A stretch of 64,000 nt of DNA, from positions 127,256 through 191,255 of the forward strand of contig MU004245.1 in the NCBI GenBank assembly GCA_010405405.1, written 5' to 3'. How positions within the stretch are numbered: the stretch's first letter is position 1; every line of letters begins with the position of its first letter. Below are positions 36,843-49,550 of this stretch, piece after piece. A program made the position numbers and the translations under genes. The notes beneath the pieces were generated by a model. That model was not told the origin of the DNA, made no database searches, and saw nothing but the letters and a program-made list of their open reading frames with translations. The stretch comes from Microthyrium microscopicum (taxonomy: Eukaryota).

Positions 36843-38933
36843 TCAGACCAAAACAATTTGTTCACACATCACTTTGAGCTTGCCAGCACGATAATCATCC
36901 ACAACTCTTCCAAACATATACGGCCTATTATGAACCTGGCCAGACACTTTGTATTGGCCTGTTTTCTTCGCCGGCCTCAACATAATTGGCATAGGACATC
37001 CGAAGATAATGGCAACTTTGTCGCCCTTGCTGGTAGGTTTGAGACCAACACCGGCTATACCCCCTTCCGTTGAAAAGTAGCGTCGGTTGCCGCTGAACTT
37101 ATGCAATTGGTGAATGAACCGGAGGGGGTTTGTATTTGGATTTGCCTCAAGAGAACTGGCAAAGTAGGGGTCCGCCACGAAAATGTCGGTGATTTTCTTG
37201 TCCATATATTCACGGGCAAAGGCAATAAAGTCGGAAGTGAGGAATTGTATGTGGTCATAGGAATTAACCATGTTCCAGAGAAAGTCTTCCCAATAGTCCC
37301 AATCTCGCGCGTCGTTCTTGTGAGCGCTGGAGTGTAGCTCCCAGTACTTTGTGACGGTTTTTACAGCGTGCTTGTGGTTGTATGATATAATATCGGAAGT
37401 TTCCACTACAGTGTCGAGGATAAGCGCATTAACTTTTAATTGGTTGCCTTTGACTTCGATAAGTAGGTCCGTGTTGGACCTGCGCGTGCGAGAAGCGTCG
37501 AAATCAGGATGAGGTTCGAGTAGGTTATAGCGATGTCTTTCGTTCCAGACTGGCACCCATGTAGGCACATAGTCGTCCTTGATGCTTACATCCTTATGCT
37601 GTATATAGCACAAAAGCCGGCTGGACTGGGTTTTGATGCTGATATTCTCGGCAAGTAATCGGTTTGATTCGCTCACCGCTCGCTTGTAATCTGGTTCGAT
37701 GATATTTGCGTCGTTTACTCTTGCGGATGGATGCCCAAGTAGACCATATATATGATCGACAGCCTCAGTACAATGGTATCCACGCCCAGTATAGAGCACA
37801 ACCAACAAACCGCCATGATTGAGCTCCTCGTGAAAGGTCTTGACCTGTCTTAGAACAGCTCCATCGTTCAGCCAGGATTTGGTGGTTCCAAATGTTGACC
37901 AGACAGAATCGAGGGCATGAAACACTTTCTCGTATTCGATGTAGGTCAAATGACCCAAGAACTTTTGCATGTGGTGATAGAAGATGGCGAATAGGGCAAT
38001 TTGGCTGAAGACGAATTCGTGTTTACCGCAATATGCAGTTGCACCCGCTGCCAAACCGACCTCCTGAATGACCCATAGGCGGGTGAACCATGGGCGCTCT
38101 AGGAGTTGTTGAATGGCATCCCAGGCAGAAAAAGCTTGCATCAGCGGATGTTCCATTGGTATTGGGGGGATTTGATAGATGATTTCCCAGATATGGCCGC
38201 TGGAGATTGTTCGGATTCGCTCGACTTCGCTTGTCATGTACAAATTGAACTCTTTCATGAGATTTACAGCACCTGCTACGTCGACAGTTCGAGGTGTCTC
38301 ACCTAGCCAGATCAAAAGTTGCTCTCCTCGATTATAAATCTGGCCCATGAAAGACACCTGGTGTCCACGTTCCCCTTTAGAATCTTGGTTGATGCAGATG
38401 CCGTCTGCCCACAGAATTCGCGGAACCATTTGGCGACGAAAATGTCGCAGAGCATCATAGAGGCTGATTGTGATTGGGAAAGGCTTTCCATCAACGGTGA
38501 TCTCTTCCTTCCATTTTGCCGTCCCCCAACAGTATGAGATGGGCTCGTAAGCTGGAGCAACGTCGAACTCGGTGGTTATAATTTCGCATTTGACAGGGTC
38601 ATCGAAGTCGCCAGGAAGAAGACGAAGTAGTCGCATGAATTTGCCATCGGGTAAGGGACTGTGTTTGAAGCGTTCGGGCCCAGCCTTTTTGGTGGTTCTC
38701 ATGTCTTTTGTCTCAGGTTCACGTCGACTGCTGGACTCATTGAGGGTACTAGTGCTGTCTGTGTCCTCTCTATCAATCTTGGTTTGAGCTGGAATGTCAA
38801 CCTTCCAGCTCTCAGCGCGAGCAGACGGAAGGCATTTCTCGGACTTCTTTCTGGTTGATCTTCGACCAGGAAGTAAAGCAGTTAACCAGCGCCAAAAGGC
38901 CTTGCGCTTCGATTTGCGTGGATCGGTCGGCAT
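36843..38933 (-). CDS. HET-domain protein (HET-6-like heterokaryon incompatibility), intronless
   Basis: MRLLRLLPG, YEPISYCWG, LWADGICINQ, ERGHQVSFMGQIY, IWLG, WFTRLWVIQEV, DHIYGLLG, PTWVPVW, GDKVAIIFGCPMPIMLRP. Confidence 0.9.
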   Translation of the reverse strand: MPTDPRKSKRKAFWRWLTALLPGRRSTRKKSEKCLPSARAESWKVDIPAQTKIDREDTDSTSTLNESSSRREPETKDMRTTKKAGPERFKHSPLPDGKFMRLLRLLPGDFDDPVKCEIITTEFDVAPAYEPISYCWGTAKWKEEITVDGKPFPITISLYDALRHFRRQMVPRILWADGICINQDSKGERGHQVSFMGQIYNRGEQLLIWLGETPRTVDVAGAVNLMKEFNLYMTSEVERIRTISSGHIWEIIYQIPPIPMEHPLMQAFSAWDAIQQLLERPWFTRLWVIQEVGLAAGATAYCGKHEFVFSQIALFAIFYHHMQKFLGHLTYIEYEKVFHALDSVWSTFGTTKSWLNDGAVLRQVKTFHEELNHGGLLVVLYTGRGYHCTEAVDHIYGLLGHPSARVNDANIIEPDYKRAVSESNRLLAENISIKTQSSRLLCYIQHKDVSIKDDYVPTWVPVWNERHRYNLLEPHPDFDASRTRRSNTDLLIEVKGNQLKVNALILDTVVETSDIISYNHKHAVKTVTKYWELHSSAHKNDARDWDYWEDFLWNMVNSYDHIQFLTSDFIAFAREYMDKKITDIFVADPYFASSLEANPNTNPLRFIHQLHKFSGNRRYFSTEGGIAGVGLKPTSKGDKVAIIFGCPMPIMLRPAKKTGQYKVSGQVHNRPYMFGRVVDDYRAGKLKVMCEQIVLV

Positions 38934-39961
38934 GGTTGAGTGAAGATATAGTGAAAAGGGGCAGGACTTGAAGTTGTCCTCGAAGCGGATAGTTGAAAAG
39001 ACTACATATATGATGAACAAGAGTAGAATGTCAAGTAGAAGATGGACATAAGAAAAAGCTCCGAGTGAGCACTCTTATGCCGGCCTCATTGATCCTCCCG
39101 TCCCCTCCACAACGGCTCGGCCCAAAGCCCAGGCTTGCAAGCTAAACGCGAGAAATGCAGAAAATCCTGTAACGTTCAAAAGCCCCTAGTTGCTGACAGG
39201 TAAATCTTAGCCAATAGAAGCACACTAGAGTTGAAAAGTGCTGCCAAGCGAGGCGGTGCTCATGCACGATTCCAGAAAGAGAATCGCCAATGTGGCGCCA
39301 ATGCAGTCTTGGTGGAGATTTGACAACTTCTTAGTCTCAAACGCATCAGCAAATTCTTGGAGTATTTGCACACTGGAGTCCTTGTTATCACTGTATTGTA
39401 GTCTTCCTCTTGTTGCCAATAATATGTGAGATGTATGCCAAAACACATTGTATCGTCTTTCGAAGCCTCGAAGAACAGCTTCCATGACAACCTGTCAAAT
39501 ACTCTAATCTGTTCCCTGTCTAACCAGTGCAGCGGTCTTCAATTCCTTAAGCATAGGACCAATCATGGGCTCTGTATTTACCAGACTAGTAAACGGGTTA
39601 CTATAAATAGAGTAGCACTTGCAACGGTTCGATGCCAAAGCCACAACATTTGTCCCTTCAATGTGAACTTAGAACGGAGAGAGGTCTGCAATATTCAGAA
39701 ATATAAATACTAGCCTCATAAGCATAGCCCTCGCTAATTGTCTTTTTGCTTGATTACGACTCCAGCCACTCCATAACAGGTATAACAGTTACATTAGCTC
39801 TCCTCAAGTTGAGAGAGTGCACAATTACCCGAAACTCAAAAGAGCATGAACATCAAGTAGGAGTATATCTTTTGAGATGGTATTGTATTCAAATTACAGT
39901 AATAAAGTAAAGTTGTGCGAAAATTTGGGCTCCTTATGTTGCTACTGAAGCTTATTGTAAT

Positions 39962-42124
39962 CTAGAAGTTGGCTGATGCGTTGCTTGAGCTTGCAATTGT
40001 TGATGGTACGACAGCATCGGGCGGTGCATATCCTTTAAGATCAATAAGTTAGCCCAGGTATCTAAAGTATAGTTGTCATTAACAATGAGCACTCACCCAA
40101 ATCGTCAGTCATGCCTGCGGCAAGGTCTTTCCAGAAGTCACAATCGACTGCTTTATTTTCTTGGTCCGAAATCAACGCAAACCCTGTATCCGAAGCATTC
40201 AATACTGGAGTAAAGATTGGACCATATTTTACCAAGGGCCACTGAATAGTTCCATTGTCACGCTTTTCGTTGGGATCGCCAGTTAATGCATGCGAAACCA
40301 GGTAACTTTGGAATGAAGTAGCAAAGCTTCCAAATGTTGGATCTGACAAGAGAGAAAGGAAAGCCGTAGGAGAATTTGGATCCCAAAAGTCTGCCGAGAC
40401 GTCTGAGCCATGTAAGCCGGTGCCGCGAGCATATTGTAAGTTGTAGGTTTTGAATCCCGCAGAAATGAAGCGACTATTGCAGGTGAATACTGAGAATTGG
40501 TACAAGGCTCTTATTCTCGCCGCTTGGTCACCGCCGTATTTTGAGAGAGAATACTGGGCCTCAATTGCCGCTTTGGCTTTCTGTGAAGTTCCCCAATATA
40601 AATTGACAACTGCTTGGAATGTATCTTCCGTTGAGTTGGCGGGTAAGAAAATTTGAGGCTCGTTGATGACATGAGAGTTGATTATGGTTTCAACTCCTTC
40701 AATCGTTTTGCCTGTAAAGCATTAATGGGTATACTTCAAACATACTAAGTTACTAATTGTTAAGTGTGGTCGAACTTACCTGCGGCGATCTCTAAAGCAG
40801 GGTGCTGTCGAACGAAGTTGCCATCTGCTGCTGGTCTAACCACGAAATTAGTTGCTATCAAAAGCTAGCCTCAAGAGCACGACTTACCCAAGACCCGGTT
40901 TATTTCCTGGCAAGGCTGCAACATAACCAGTTGTGGCATTCTGAAGTACTGTCCAATCCACCGATCGTAGGCAAGCTATCACATCGGTACTGTTGCTTCC
41001 ACAGCCTGCTCTAGTCGCTACGTCTTGGAATTGTGTCTCTAGCAGACCCTTTCGATCAATTTGCATATCAAATGCCGAGCTTTGCATCAGTGCTCTATGG
41101 AAGAGCGGTTTCTCTTTCCCGCCGAAGGCTGTAAGTTGATGCATTATAGAGCCAGAGCCAGCCGACTCTCCCCAAAGGCTAACATCGTCAGTGTCGCCAC
41201 CAAATAATTCGCCATAACTCTGAATCCATTCTAGAACCGCATATTGCTAAAAATTCTTAGTACAAACTATCTTGATGGGGATACTCCAATCTTAGCCAAC
41301 ACTTCTTGCTAGTAAAATGCCATTATTCGATCGAATAATGATATGGGACATGAAGCAAGACGACTGAACATCACGTTTATAGCGAATACTTACATCCCAA
41401 AGACCAGCATTAGGTGTCGCTTCTTTCTCCATTGTAGATCCAGCCAAGAATCCAAACGCATTGAGCTAACAAAGGTCAGTCAAAGCCCATGGTTCCAACA
41501 CCTTAACATACGCGATAGTTTCCAGCAACATAAATGAAGTTTCCTCCAGACATCTTGATAAGTGGAGTAGCATCGTATCCTCCTTCCTTGGAGCCGAAGT
41601 TGTAGGCGCCGCCATAAATCCACATCACGATCGGAAGCCCGTTCCATTGATATGGGTCCAATGCCTTTTTGGGCACGTAGACATCTAAGAACAGACAGTC
41701 CTCCCCAAACGTTTTGGCGCCGCTCACGAGCTGCGCAGGATCAATACCTGGTGGTAGGGCTCCTCCAGGTACTGATCCTGAGAGAAGACCGGCTGGCAGT
41801 ACTTGAGGGCATGCTGGTCCATATTCGCCAGTCTGTAAGGTCTTGTTATTTGCTGGTGGAGCTGGTTTCGCAAACCTAAGCGACCCAACTGGCGGAGCTG
41901 CGAAGCGAATATTCTTGAAAACGTACACCTGCAAGATATGTTAATTCAGTTCTTTGAAGTTGAAAACTAAGACAAACCTGGGTCGTCGCGTTGTACGAAG
42001 TTGCTCGCCAGGTACCATATGGAAGTTTTATGGTTGGCAAAGCCGATGCTGCTGTCGCTGTTGGTGATTGCGGCAAAGCTGATACCGCATGAGCCAAAAC
42101 GCATATAGTCCATAACAGTCTCAT
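39962..42124 (-). CDS. Secreted type-B carboxylesterase/lipase (multi-exon)
   Basis: Signal peptide MRLLWTICVLAHAVSA; FKNIRFAAPPVGSLRF, EDCLFLDVYVP, WIYGGAY, NAGLWDQ, WGESAG nucleophile, HGSD catalytic His. Confidence 0.9.
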
Positions 42125-43976
42125 TTTGCTTATTATCACAAAATTCTTGAATCAATGGGGAAGAGAAAGCAAAGGTAATGAGTTCCTTTTCTGCTTTACA
42201 GAGGCGAATATAATGACGCCACAGCACGCGTATGGCTTTGGTCATGGTAACGCTTGACTCATGATACCTGAGCGGCAAGCGGAAGTCTTTGCAAATCATA
42301 CATGGTTGGATCAATGTTCTCGGTCATAAAATGATTCGCCAGAACAAGAAATGGCCGAAGATTCTGAGGGGATTTCCATCTCGGCATGTAAAAGCGGAAT
42401 TTATTCTGAAGATTAACGTCCTTCGGTGAAAATTTCGTGGACATACTACACCAAGTTAGGCAAGAGGAAAGCAGGAATCAGAGGCTCTGGTCTTTGCATC
42501 GGGAGTATACTGCCTGATGTTCAGAGTGGTTTCTAGGCTCCTGATTCCCACCAGCACCATTTTTGACTCTTTCCAATTGCTAATTGAGTACTCCACTAGG
42601 CAAAACCATATGCTGAGAACAGAGTATGTATGGTCCACTCAGACTTCTGGCCATTTATAGCCCAGTCCGTCTGAGGGGAAGCAAAGCTCCCCAGTACCAA
42701 ATATGCATATGCACGGCGCCATATACCCCAGCTCCAGGGGTAGGTATTCGACAATTAAAAGGAATCTGAGAAAACTGGCAACTATGATTATGCCTCGCGC
42801 TTAGGTGGCTCATCGGAAGTTCTTCTGGGATAATCTTTGATTAGGAGAACCGAACTTATTCATTGCCAGATCTCCGAAACTGCTGCTGAAATTGCTAGAA
42901 CGGGCCTTAAAGACTGCGATTCAATGCTGTTATCCTGTACTACTATTTCATACTTTGTTCCTTCGGATGCTAGTCATGAACAAGGAATCTGCAATCGAGC
43001 TACGCACGTGGCTGATCGTCAGGGTTGTTGCTTCGCTCTCGCGTTCAACGTGATAATGATCAGGGATCCAAACGCATACGAGGATTACCTTGGTAGTACT
43101 AGGGTATGCGTGGCCAAGTATCGAGGCTGATCGAAAGGGTGATAACAAGCATTTTCGAATACAAGTACCTGCTTTAGTCCAAGTACGTTTCAATCGTGGA
43201 TTACCACAAAATTTAGACTGGAAATCACTCTTTACTCTTCAGTTCAAAACACAAATTGCTTTCTACAAAAGAACATCATTCCGAAATGTCACTGAGTCTC
43301 AATAGTCGCTAGGGCTCCATACCAAGAAATGGCCTTTAGAAAACAGTTGCAATGCCAATGTGTTTTGAGAGACTACAGTATTCGCCTCATAAGTGTCAAT
43401 GTATCGTCTGCATGATCACGGGCAGAACAAAGTTGCCAATGAGACATACTACTTTTTATCTTGTAGCAATTCTCTGCACGCGAAGACTCCCACCAGCTGT
43501 ATTCTGATATTCTAAGACCTGCTTAGAGCCCTTAATTCGCAAAGCTCGCATTTTCTAGCCCTGCTTCCAAACAGAACAATCGCCATCACCTTGTTAAGCT
43601 GCCTACCCAACTGCATAAACTCCAGCGTTCTCTATTGGGCATTTAATCAATTTCTTATTGAAAACTAGGTACAAATTTGTGCAATGGGGAAATGAACCAA
43701 TAGCATACTCCGCTGTCTTACCTGTTGCGACAAAGTCACTGCCATTTCCCCATCGTTTAATGTAAAATTGAATCTATATTCAGTCCCCCGGAGTATGGGA
43801 AACCATTCTTGTTGTTCAGTTATGGAGGAAATGTATCAAGGCTACCTATCTAGGTACCTTTGTAGAATTAAATTCCTACAGCGCCACGTATAGCCATTTT
43901 ACTTTAAGGAGTATATATGTCGCGGTGAGAAACACCAGCAGCTTGCACTACAACAGTTGGCTATCAATTCTTGACA

Positions 43977-45657
43977 ATGAAAAGCTTTTCATTATTGCTT
44001 CTGCCGCTTCTTGCGGACGCGGCTGTTGTTGGCCAGCGACCGGAAATCTTATGTATGTGGTTTTGATTCAATATTATGCTGAGATCACTGAAGCTTACAA
44101 CGTTCAGATAAAAGACAATTGGAGTCTCTAGCCAGTCAGGTCGTCGGAAAACCGCTTGCCTCCACTTCAAAGAAGACCCTCAAGCCAGAGCTGTTTGCCA
44201 AAACACCACAGGCCCTGCGTGAGAAGGTCACTTGGGGACCATTCAAGCTTACAGCTGCTAATGTACTTGAGTCTGACCCTCTAGCGAATTTAAGGTCATT
44301 GCTCACTCGTTCTTAGGGAACACATTCTGCAAGTGGTTTCGTAAAACTCGATAAGCAAAGTGATATGATCGGTACTCTCATCTCAGGACACTGTCAAGAA
44401 TGCATGGTTTTGTCAGCAGAAGCAACCATCGAAGACGCCAAAGGCACTCGGTTAGGTCTGGATCATGGAATATACGTCCACCATGTCATTTCCTTGGACA
44501 TTGGTAGAGCAGGAGTAATGCCACCTGCGTTTGCCATGGGTTGCAACCCGCTCGCCGGCTTCAACCTCTCTTCGATGGCATCTGGAGGCGGTAAAGCTGC
44601 TGGAGGCCACTCACACGGAATGAGACGGGATACCACAGTCGACGAACCTAAAAGCTCTTCTCCCGTAGCACCGAAGTCAACTCAGCCTGCGAGCAGTTGG
44701 GCTAGTACCTTAGGATCAATCTTTGCGCCGCCAAAGGTTTCAATTTTCGTTGGCAAAGGCAACGAAGCACAGGCGACTTTGTTCGCAGCACCAAACACTA
44801 CTGTCAAGAGTGGCTACTACATTGGGAAGACTGATCAAATCTATGCGTCCGCAGAGATCGTCAACTACAAAACATATGACAGAGAAGTATACCTCTCCCT
44901 GGACTACGAATACGTTCCAGGCAATGGTAAGAGACCGGAAGGATATATGGATGTCGGCATGGGCGCGATCAACATCGATGCTTGTATGAACAAATTTGAT
45001 CTACCTGGTATGTTCAATACTCGGTGGTCAGAAAACGCTACGAAATCGACTAACAATGGAAACTCAGATCCGCCAAAGAACAAATCTATCACTTATACAT
45101 CTCCGGACTGGTATGTGATGGCAAATGGTTATCTCATCAATTTGAGTAAGTTCTTCCTCCTTTCATCTCTCCTTACCTACGAATAGCACACATACTGACA
45201 AGTAATTCAATAGGCCCACATATGTAAGCGCAAATTACAGTATTTTAACGAGAGTTAAAAGATCTCGCTAACCATAGATCGAAGGCATGACGGAGCTGTT
45301 AACATGAAGTTTTTCCTCAACGACAAACAAGTTTGCAAGTCGGACGCGATATACGGCGGAGACGGTGGAACTGTGATTGACGGGAAGAGCTGGGAAACAA
45401 TTACAAGCTATTCGCTCTGCAAAGACCCTGTCAGGATCAGAATTGGAGATAAGCTCAAGATCTCTTCCGAATACGACTTAAGCAGGCACCGACTGTTAGT
45501 ATATCCGATATACATCCCCTTTTATCCAGCTAGGCTCGCCAAATAACTAACCCGATTGTTACACAGGAGACCAATGTCCAAAGATCACGGCATGGAAGCG
45601 GAGGCCATGGCCCTTGCCAACTTCCAATTTGCCATAGAAAATGGAAGCCTAAAATAA
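43977..45657 (+). CDS. Secreted protein with PHM/DBH-type copper-monooxygenase-like motifs (SURNod19-like), paralogue 1
   Basis: Signal peptide MKSFSLLLLPLLADA; YVHHV; SGYYIGKTD..SAEIVNY; spliced SPHMHDGA (10-nt microexon 45214-45223); VCKSDAIYG; EAMAL. The gene model is solid; the family call is inference. Confidence 0.6.
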
Positions 45658-46501
45658 TGTTAATATTGGAGTCCATCGAGGATACCAGCTCAAATATAAA
45701 ATAACATACCTCGAACCGATTGCTTGCTGCTCTGGTGCTATATAACAAGTCATTCTTTTTCAGAGGTAATTATATATTTGAACCCGAAAAATGACTCTCG
45801 AGCGTTCTTAAATCAAGTTCAAGCTTTGGAAATACTGACCATGGCACTTCGGAACTCCCAAGTTCCGATCCAACTCATGAACCGCGATTAAACCAGCGCC
45901 GTCTTTTCCAGCTGTACTGTAAAGAAATCGAACGCTTCTGGGACAACCGGGCGCGAAAGGATTCTAGTTCAAAATGTCCGAGTTATTTTCGTTATTTCTG
46001 CCTGCTTCTGAGATGAGGTAATGCCAAATTTGGAAGCCGGTAGCAATTGTCTCCGACGGGACATCTTGCATGATTCTCAGATTGTGTAATGCTATTGGTC
46101 AGCTATAGATTAATCATGATGTAGAGGTGCCTAAACTGGTATCGAACCTAAATACAGCAACAGGGTCTTCCGAGCGGTGCGATTGATATTACAAAGCCCT
46201 TTCGAAGGATTCAGGGTAGATCAAGAAGGATCTATGACACAGCCTCCAAACATAGATTGATTGGTACCTGGTCTAGAACGAGAAACAAAGTTTCTAAAAA
46301 CGTTAATGATGCCTATTGCATCATTAGGCGTCAGTATACTTCGAGATTGATATATAAGAGACCAGTCACTCCTGGACTAGACTCGACAAAACATCTCTAC
46401 AATACAACACTACCTCCAAACAATCATCAGCATCTTCAAAGATCAAAGAATTACATCAAATATTCCTACACATCAACATACATCACCATCCATTATCCAA
46501 A

Positions 46502-46735
46502 ATGACAAACCAATATACCTCACCAGCCTCGTCAACTGACAGCCTCATGTCAACCTTGAAACCTACCGAACATGCCTCACAATCTGAAACGGCTTCCAAA
46601 CATCATCGCTGGAGTCTGAGATCAAAATCGACAGACAGATCGACAGACCGAAAGAAGAAGCATAGATATACACCATCAAATGGAGTCTTCCAAACATTTA
46701 TACTTACACAAGCCTGTCAAGTAGGAGGAGTATGA
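46502..46735 (+). CDS. Short hypothetical protein (77 aa)
   Basis: TATATAA at ~46352, CA-rich leader, ATG in AAAATG context. No recognisable domain. Confidence 0.3.
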   Translation: MTNQYTSPASSTDSLMSTLKPTEHASQSETASKHHRWSLRSKSTDRSTDRKKKHRYTPSNGVFQTFILTQACQVGGV

Positions 46736-47566
46736 GGAAAGTGTTTGAGGGAAAGCAGCCAGCAAAAGGCCCTTTCCGGCCACAAGAAGTCTGCCAATTC
46801 GACGGCCCACTTTGCCAGTTGATTGCACGAAATGGGATCTATTGCTCTACTAAAGGTCTGCTCTCAGCAGATGGCTCAGCGAGGCAGAGACGGTTAAGGA
46901 TCTGGCACAAATCATGAAGCACGACGAACTTTCAGCGAACTTGAAAGCATTTACGAATCTTATGAAAACAATATTAGTTCGTAATTAGATCTTATTTCAA
47001 TTATTAGAAGATAACACAGAAAATCTCGAACTTGTAATTCGTGATGGTGTGTTTTTTTTGATTGCTCTTCGTGTGCCCAAATGTCTCTCTGTGGAATACG
47101 TGGAAGCGTACTGTGTAATGACGCGAAAACAGCTTCCTCAATAAAAACAAACCGAAGGCAATTATTCTATGACTTGCAGTAAGCATTCTACTTTCCTTTC
47201 CATAGCCTAGCTATCACTTCTCGTGGGCCAGTAGATGCTGGGGTCAAGTGCATTTATGACGAGGCGTAGAGTAGTATTGGCGCCATTGATATGACATTTG
47301 TAATATCATCAACAGGACTAGATTACTCCAGAGCTTTAAAGCATAGTAGAGGAAAGTACAAACTGAGTAAGGGATCTCGTCGATTCAGGGGCTCTCAAGA
47401 ACTTGAGGTCGTCTCGATACTATACGTGAGATGTGGCTGGGGTGTGGCGCATGAAAATACGCACTGCCACATCTGTTATGTAATCAAACCACCATGCATC
47501 CAAATATTCTCAGCTAGCATCTGTGTCAACTCCATCTACCAACGACGAAGTCAAAAACCACTCACA

Positions 47567-47996
47567 ATGGCCAGTACGTGCTCTATTCACGCCTTTGATT
47601 CTTTTCACCAAGTACTGACATTGATCTCACAGAGTCAAAGAACTCGTCTCAGCACAACCAGAGCGCCAAGGCTCACCGTAACGGGTACGAAATTCCATCA
47701 CATTAGCAGCCGTATTTGAGTTTGCGCGATGCTAGTAATCGCGCAACTTCATTGATCCTCCTTGATGTATAAGAAGACGATTTTTAGGGTCTCAATGGCT
47801 AACAATGATGTTGAACAGTATCAAAAAAGCGAAGACCCACCGATATCCATCTCTCAAGGGTGTCGACCCCAAATTCCGACGTAACCATCGACATGCGCTT
47901 CATGGCACCATGAAGGCATTGGTACGGCACCACTCGCACCGCGATTATATTTTTGCTGACAGTGGCTAGGCGAAGGCGAAGGCTGAGGCATCATAG
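47567..47996 (+). CDS. RPL29: 60S ribosomal protein eL29 (four exons; missed by the ORF track)
   Basis: Spliced [62 protein letters not shown]. Introns at ~47574-47631, 47685-47818 and 47922-47969. Confidence 0.95.
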
Positions 47997-48463
47997 GACA
48001 ACAAACATGGGATTGTTTAAGGTTGGAGTTCGGGCCGTGGATGACTGATTGCATGTTCATGTTCAAATGGATTCCGTCCTATGAATGAAAGGAGTGGCGA
48101 CAGCGACTCTTGCATCTGCATCGGCATATCTGGATACTCTGTGACCGTGAAATTCCCGCGCCTTTATCCCACCAACCATGACTTCCATTACAGAATTACT
48201 CCGGATCCTTGGAAATCGACGTAATGGTTACAGCAACCACTGGCATATGTGTGTACAGATTCAGGCTCTTCTATGCCTGAATACTGAAGGAATTTCAACG
48301 TGCCTATATTGAACCTGCCCATTTCATTACCAAACACCCCGCTCTGAACAAATCGGCTGAGGGTGCATGAAGAACTGGACACATTTTGCGCCAACCACTT
48401 TAATACTGACACTAGTGTATATGTATCTGCTGAAGGTACCTATGAGTTGTATACTGACTCTCG

Positions 48464-49550
48464 CTACTCATACAGAGCAGCCATCCGCATCTGCACATAT
48501 CCCCAAGCCGTGACGCTGTCAAATCTCTTCGGATTAGTCTCACTCCAACATCCTGGCAATGCCTCAATCATAGTATCTGGATCAGCAGTGGCGAAGAATG
48601 GAATGGAGTACCGCGGCGGGCACATCTCATTCTCCCCTGGAGGTGCCACAACTCGATGCACTGTAGAGCGCCATCGGGAGTTGCTCCAACGCTCCATCAG
48701 GTCACCAATGTTGACCAGTACTGCGTCCTCGATTGGTTCAACTTTACGAAAAACGCCAGGCTGCTTCGGATCTTCAATTTCGAGACCGCCAATGGCATCT
48801 TGAAAGAGCAAGGTTAAAGTTCCGAAGTCCGAGTGGGCAGAGATACGAGACTTTTTTCCGTCTGCGAGGAACTTGACAGGCACTGCCGGGTAGTGCAAAA
48901 GTCGTAGCTGAAAGAGGGATTGTGCATGAGTGTCGCTGAGCTGATTTTCAGACTCTAGGTCGAGTGCTAGAGCTAATGACCGTAAGATGTAATGGATCAA
49001 ATCCCGACAGTCGGTAAAGAATGACTCCATGAAGCTGTTGTTCTCATAAGACATCGCCACTAAAATATGCATTCACCTTACGGTCTGAAACCAGGGAGCT
49101 TGTCCTCTGGTAGCCAAATGTTAGGCTGCTGTTCGTCATCAACATTTCCGCTTTCAAAGCTCTCCTTGACATCTGGGATCTGTCGCAATGCTTCTAGATC
49201 TTCCTCGCTAAAAACATTTTGCGTAACCTTTTCCAAACCTACACCTGAATAGCCGCGATGATGCGAGCCTCCAGGGGGATGCGGTGCTAGCATCTTCACC
49301 TCCTCTTCGAGGTCAAAGAATCTCTTGCTCTGGTTATGTCAGAACCCCGGTTGTAATCTCAAAGAACTCGGTGTATACAAATACGTACCCACTTGAAACA
49401 ATCAATGAGTTTCTCCCGTGCTACACTATGGTTCTTGAGAAAGACGAATCCCACGTTTCGAAATGCCGCATCGATTTCAAAAGCAGCCTCTTGCCGCTCA
49501 GCCTTGGATCCGTTCAAGAATTTGCCGAAATCGACAATTGGAATCGCCAT
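48464..49550 (-). CDS. 2-oxoglutarate/Fe(II)-dependent oxygenase (IPNS/DIOX_N family)
   Basis: IPIVDF..GFVFLKNH, HRGYS, DVKESF, RLLHYP, HSDFGTLTLL (HxD), VNIGDLMERWSN..STVHRV, RYS. Two introns. Confidence 0.92.

Noticed and set aside
39100..39720. Possible gene remnant between HET and the carboxylesterase
   Set aside because: Only short ORFs without recognisable motifs or a coherent splice model.
47291..47719. 142-aa ORF
   Set aside because: Runs through the RPL29 promoter, first exons and introns; explained by the spliced RPL29 model.
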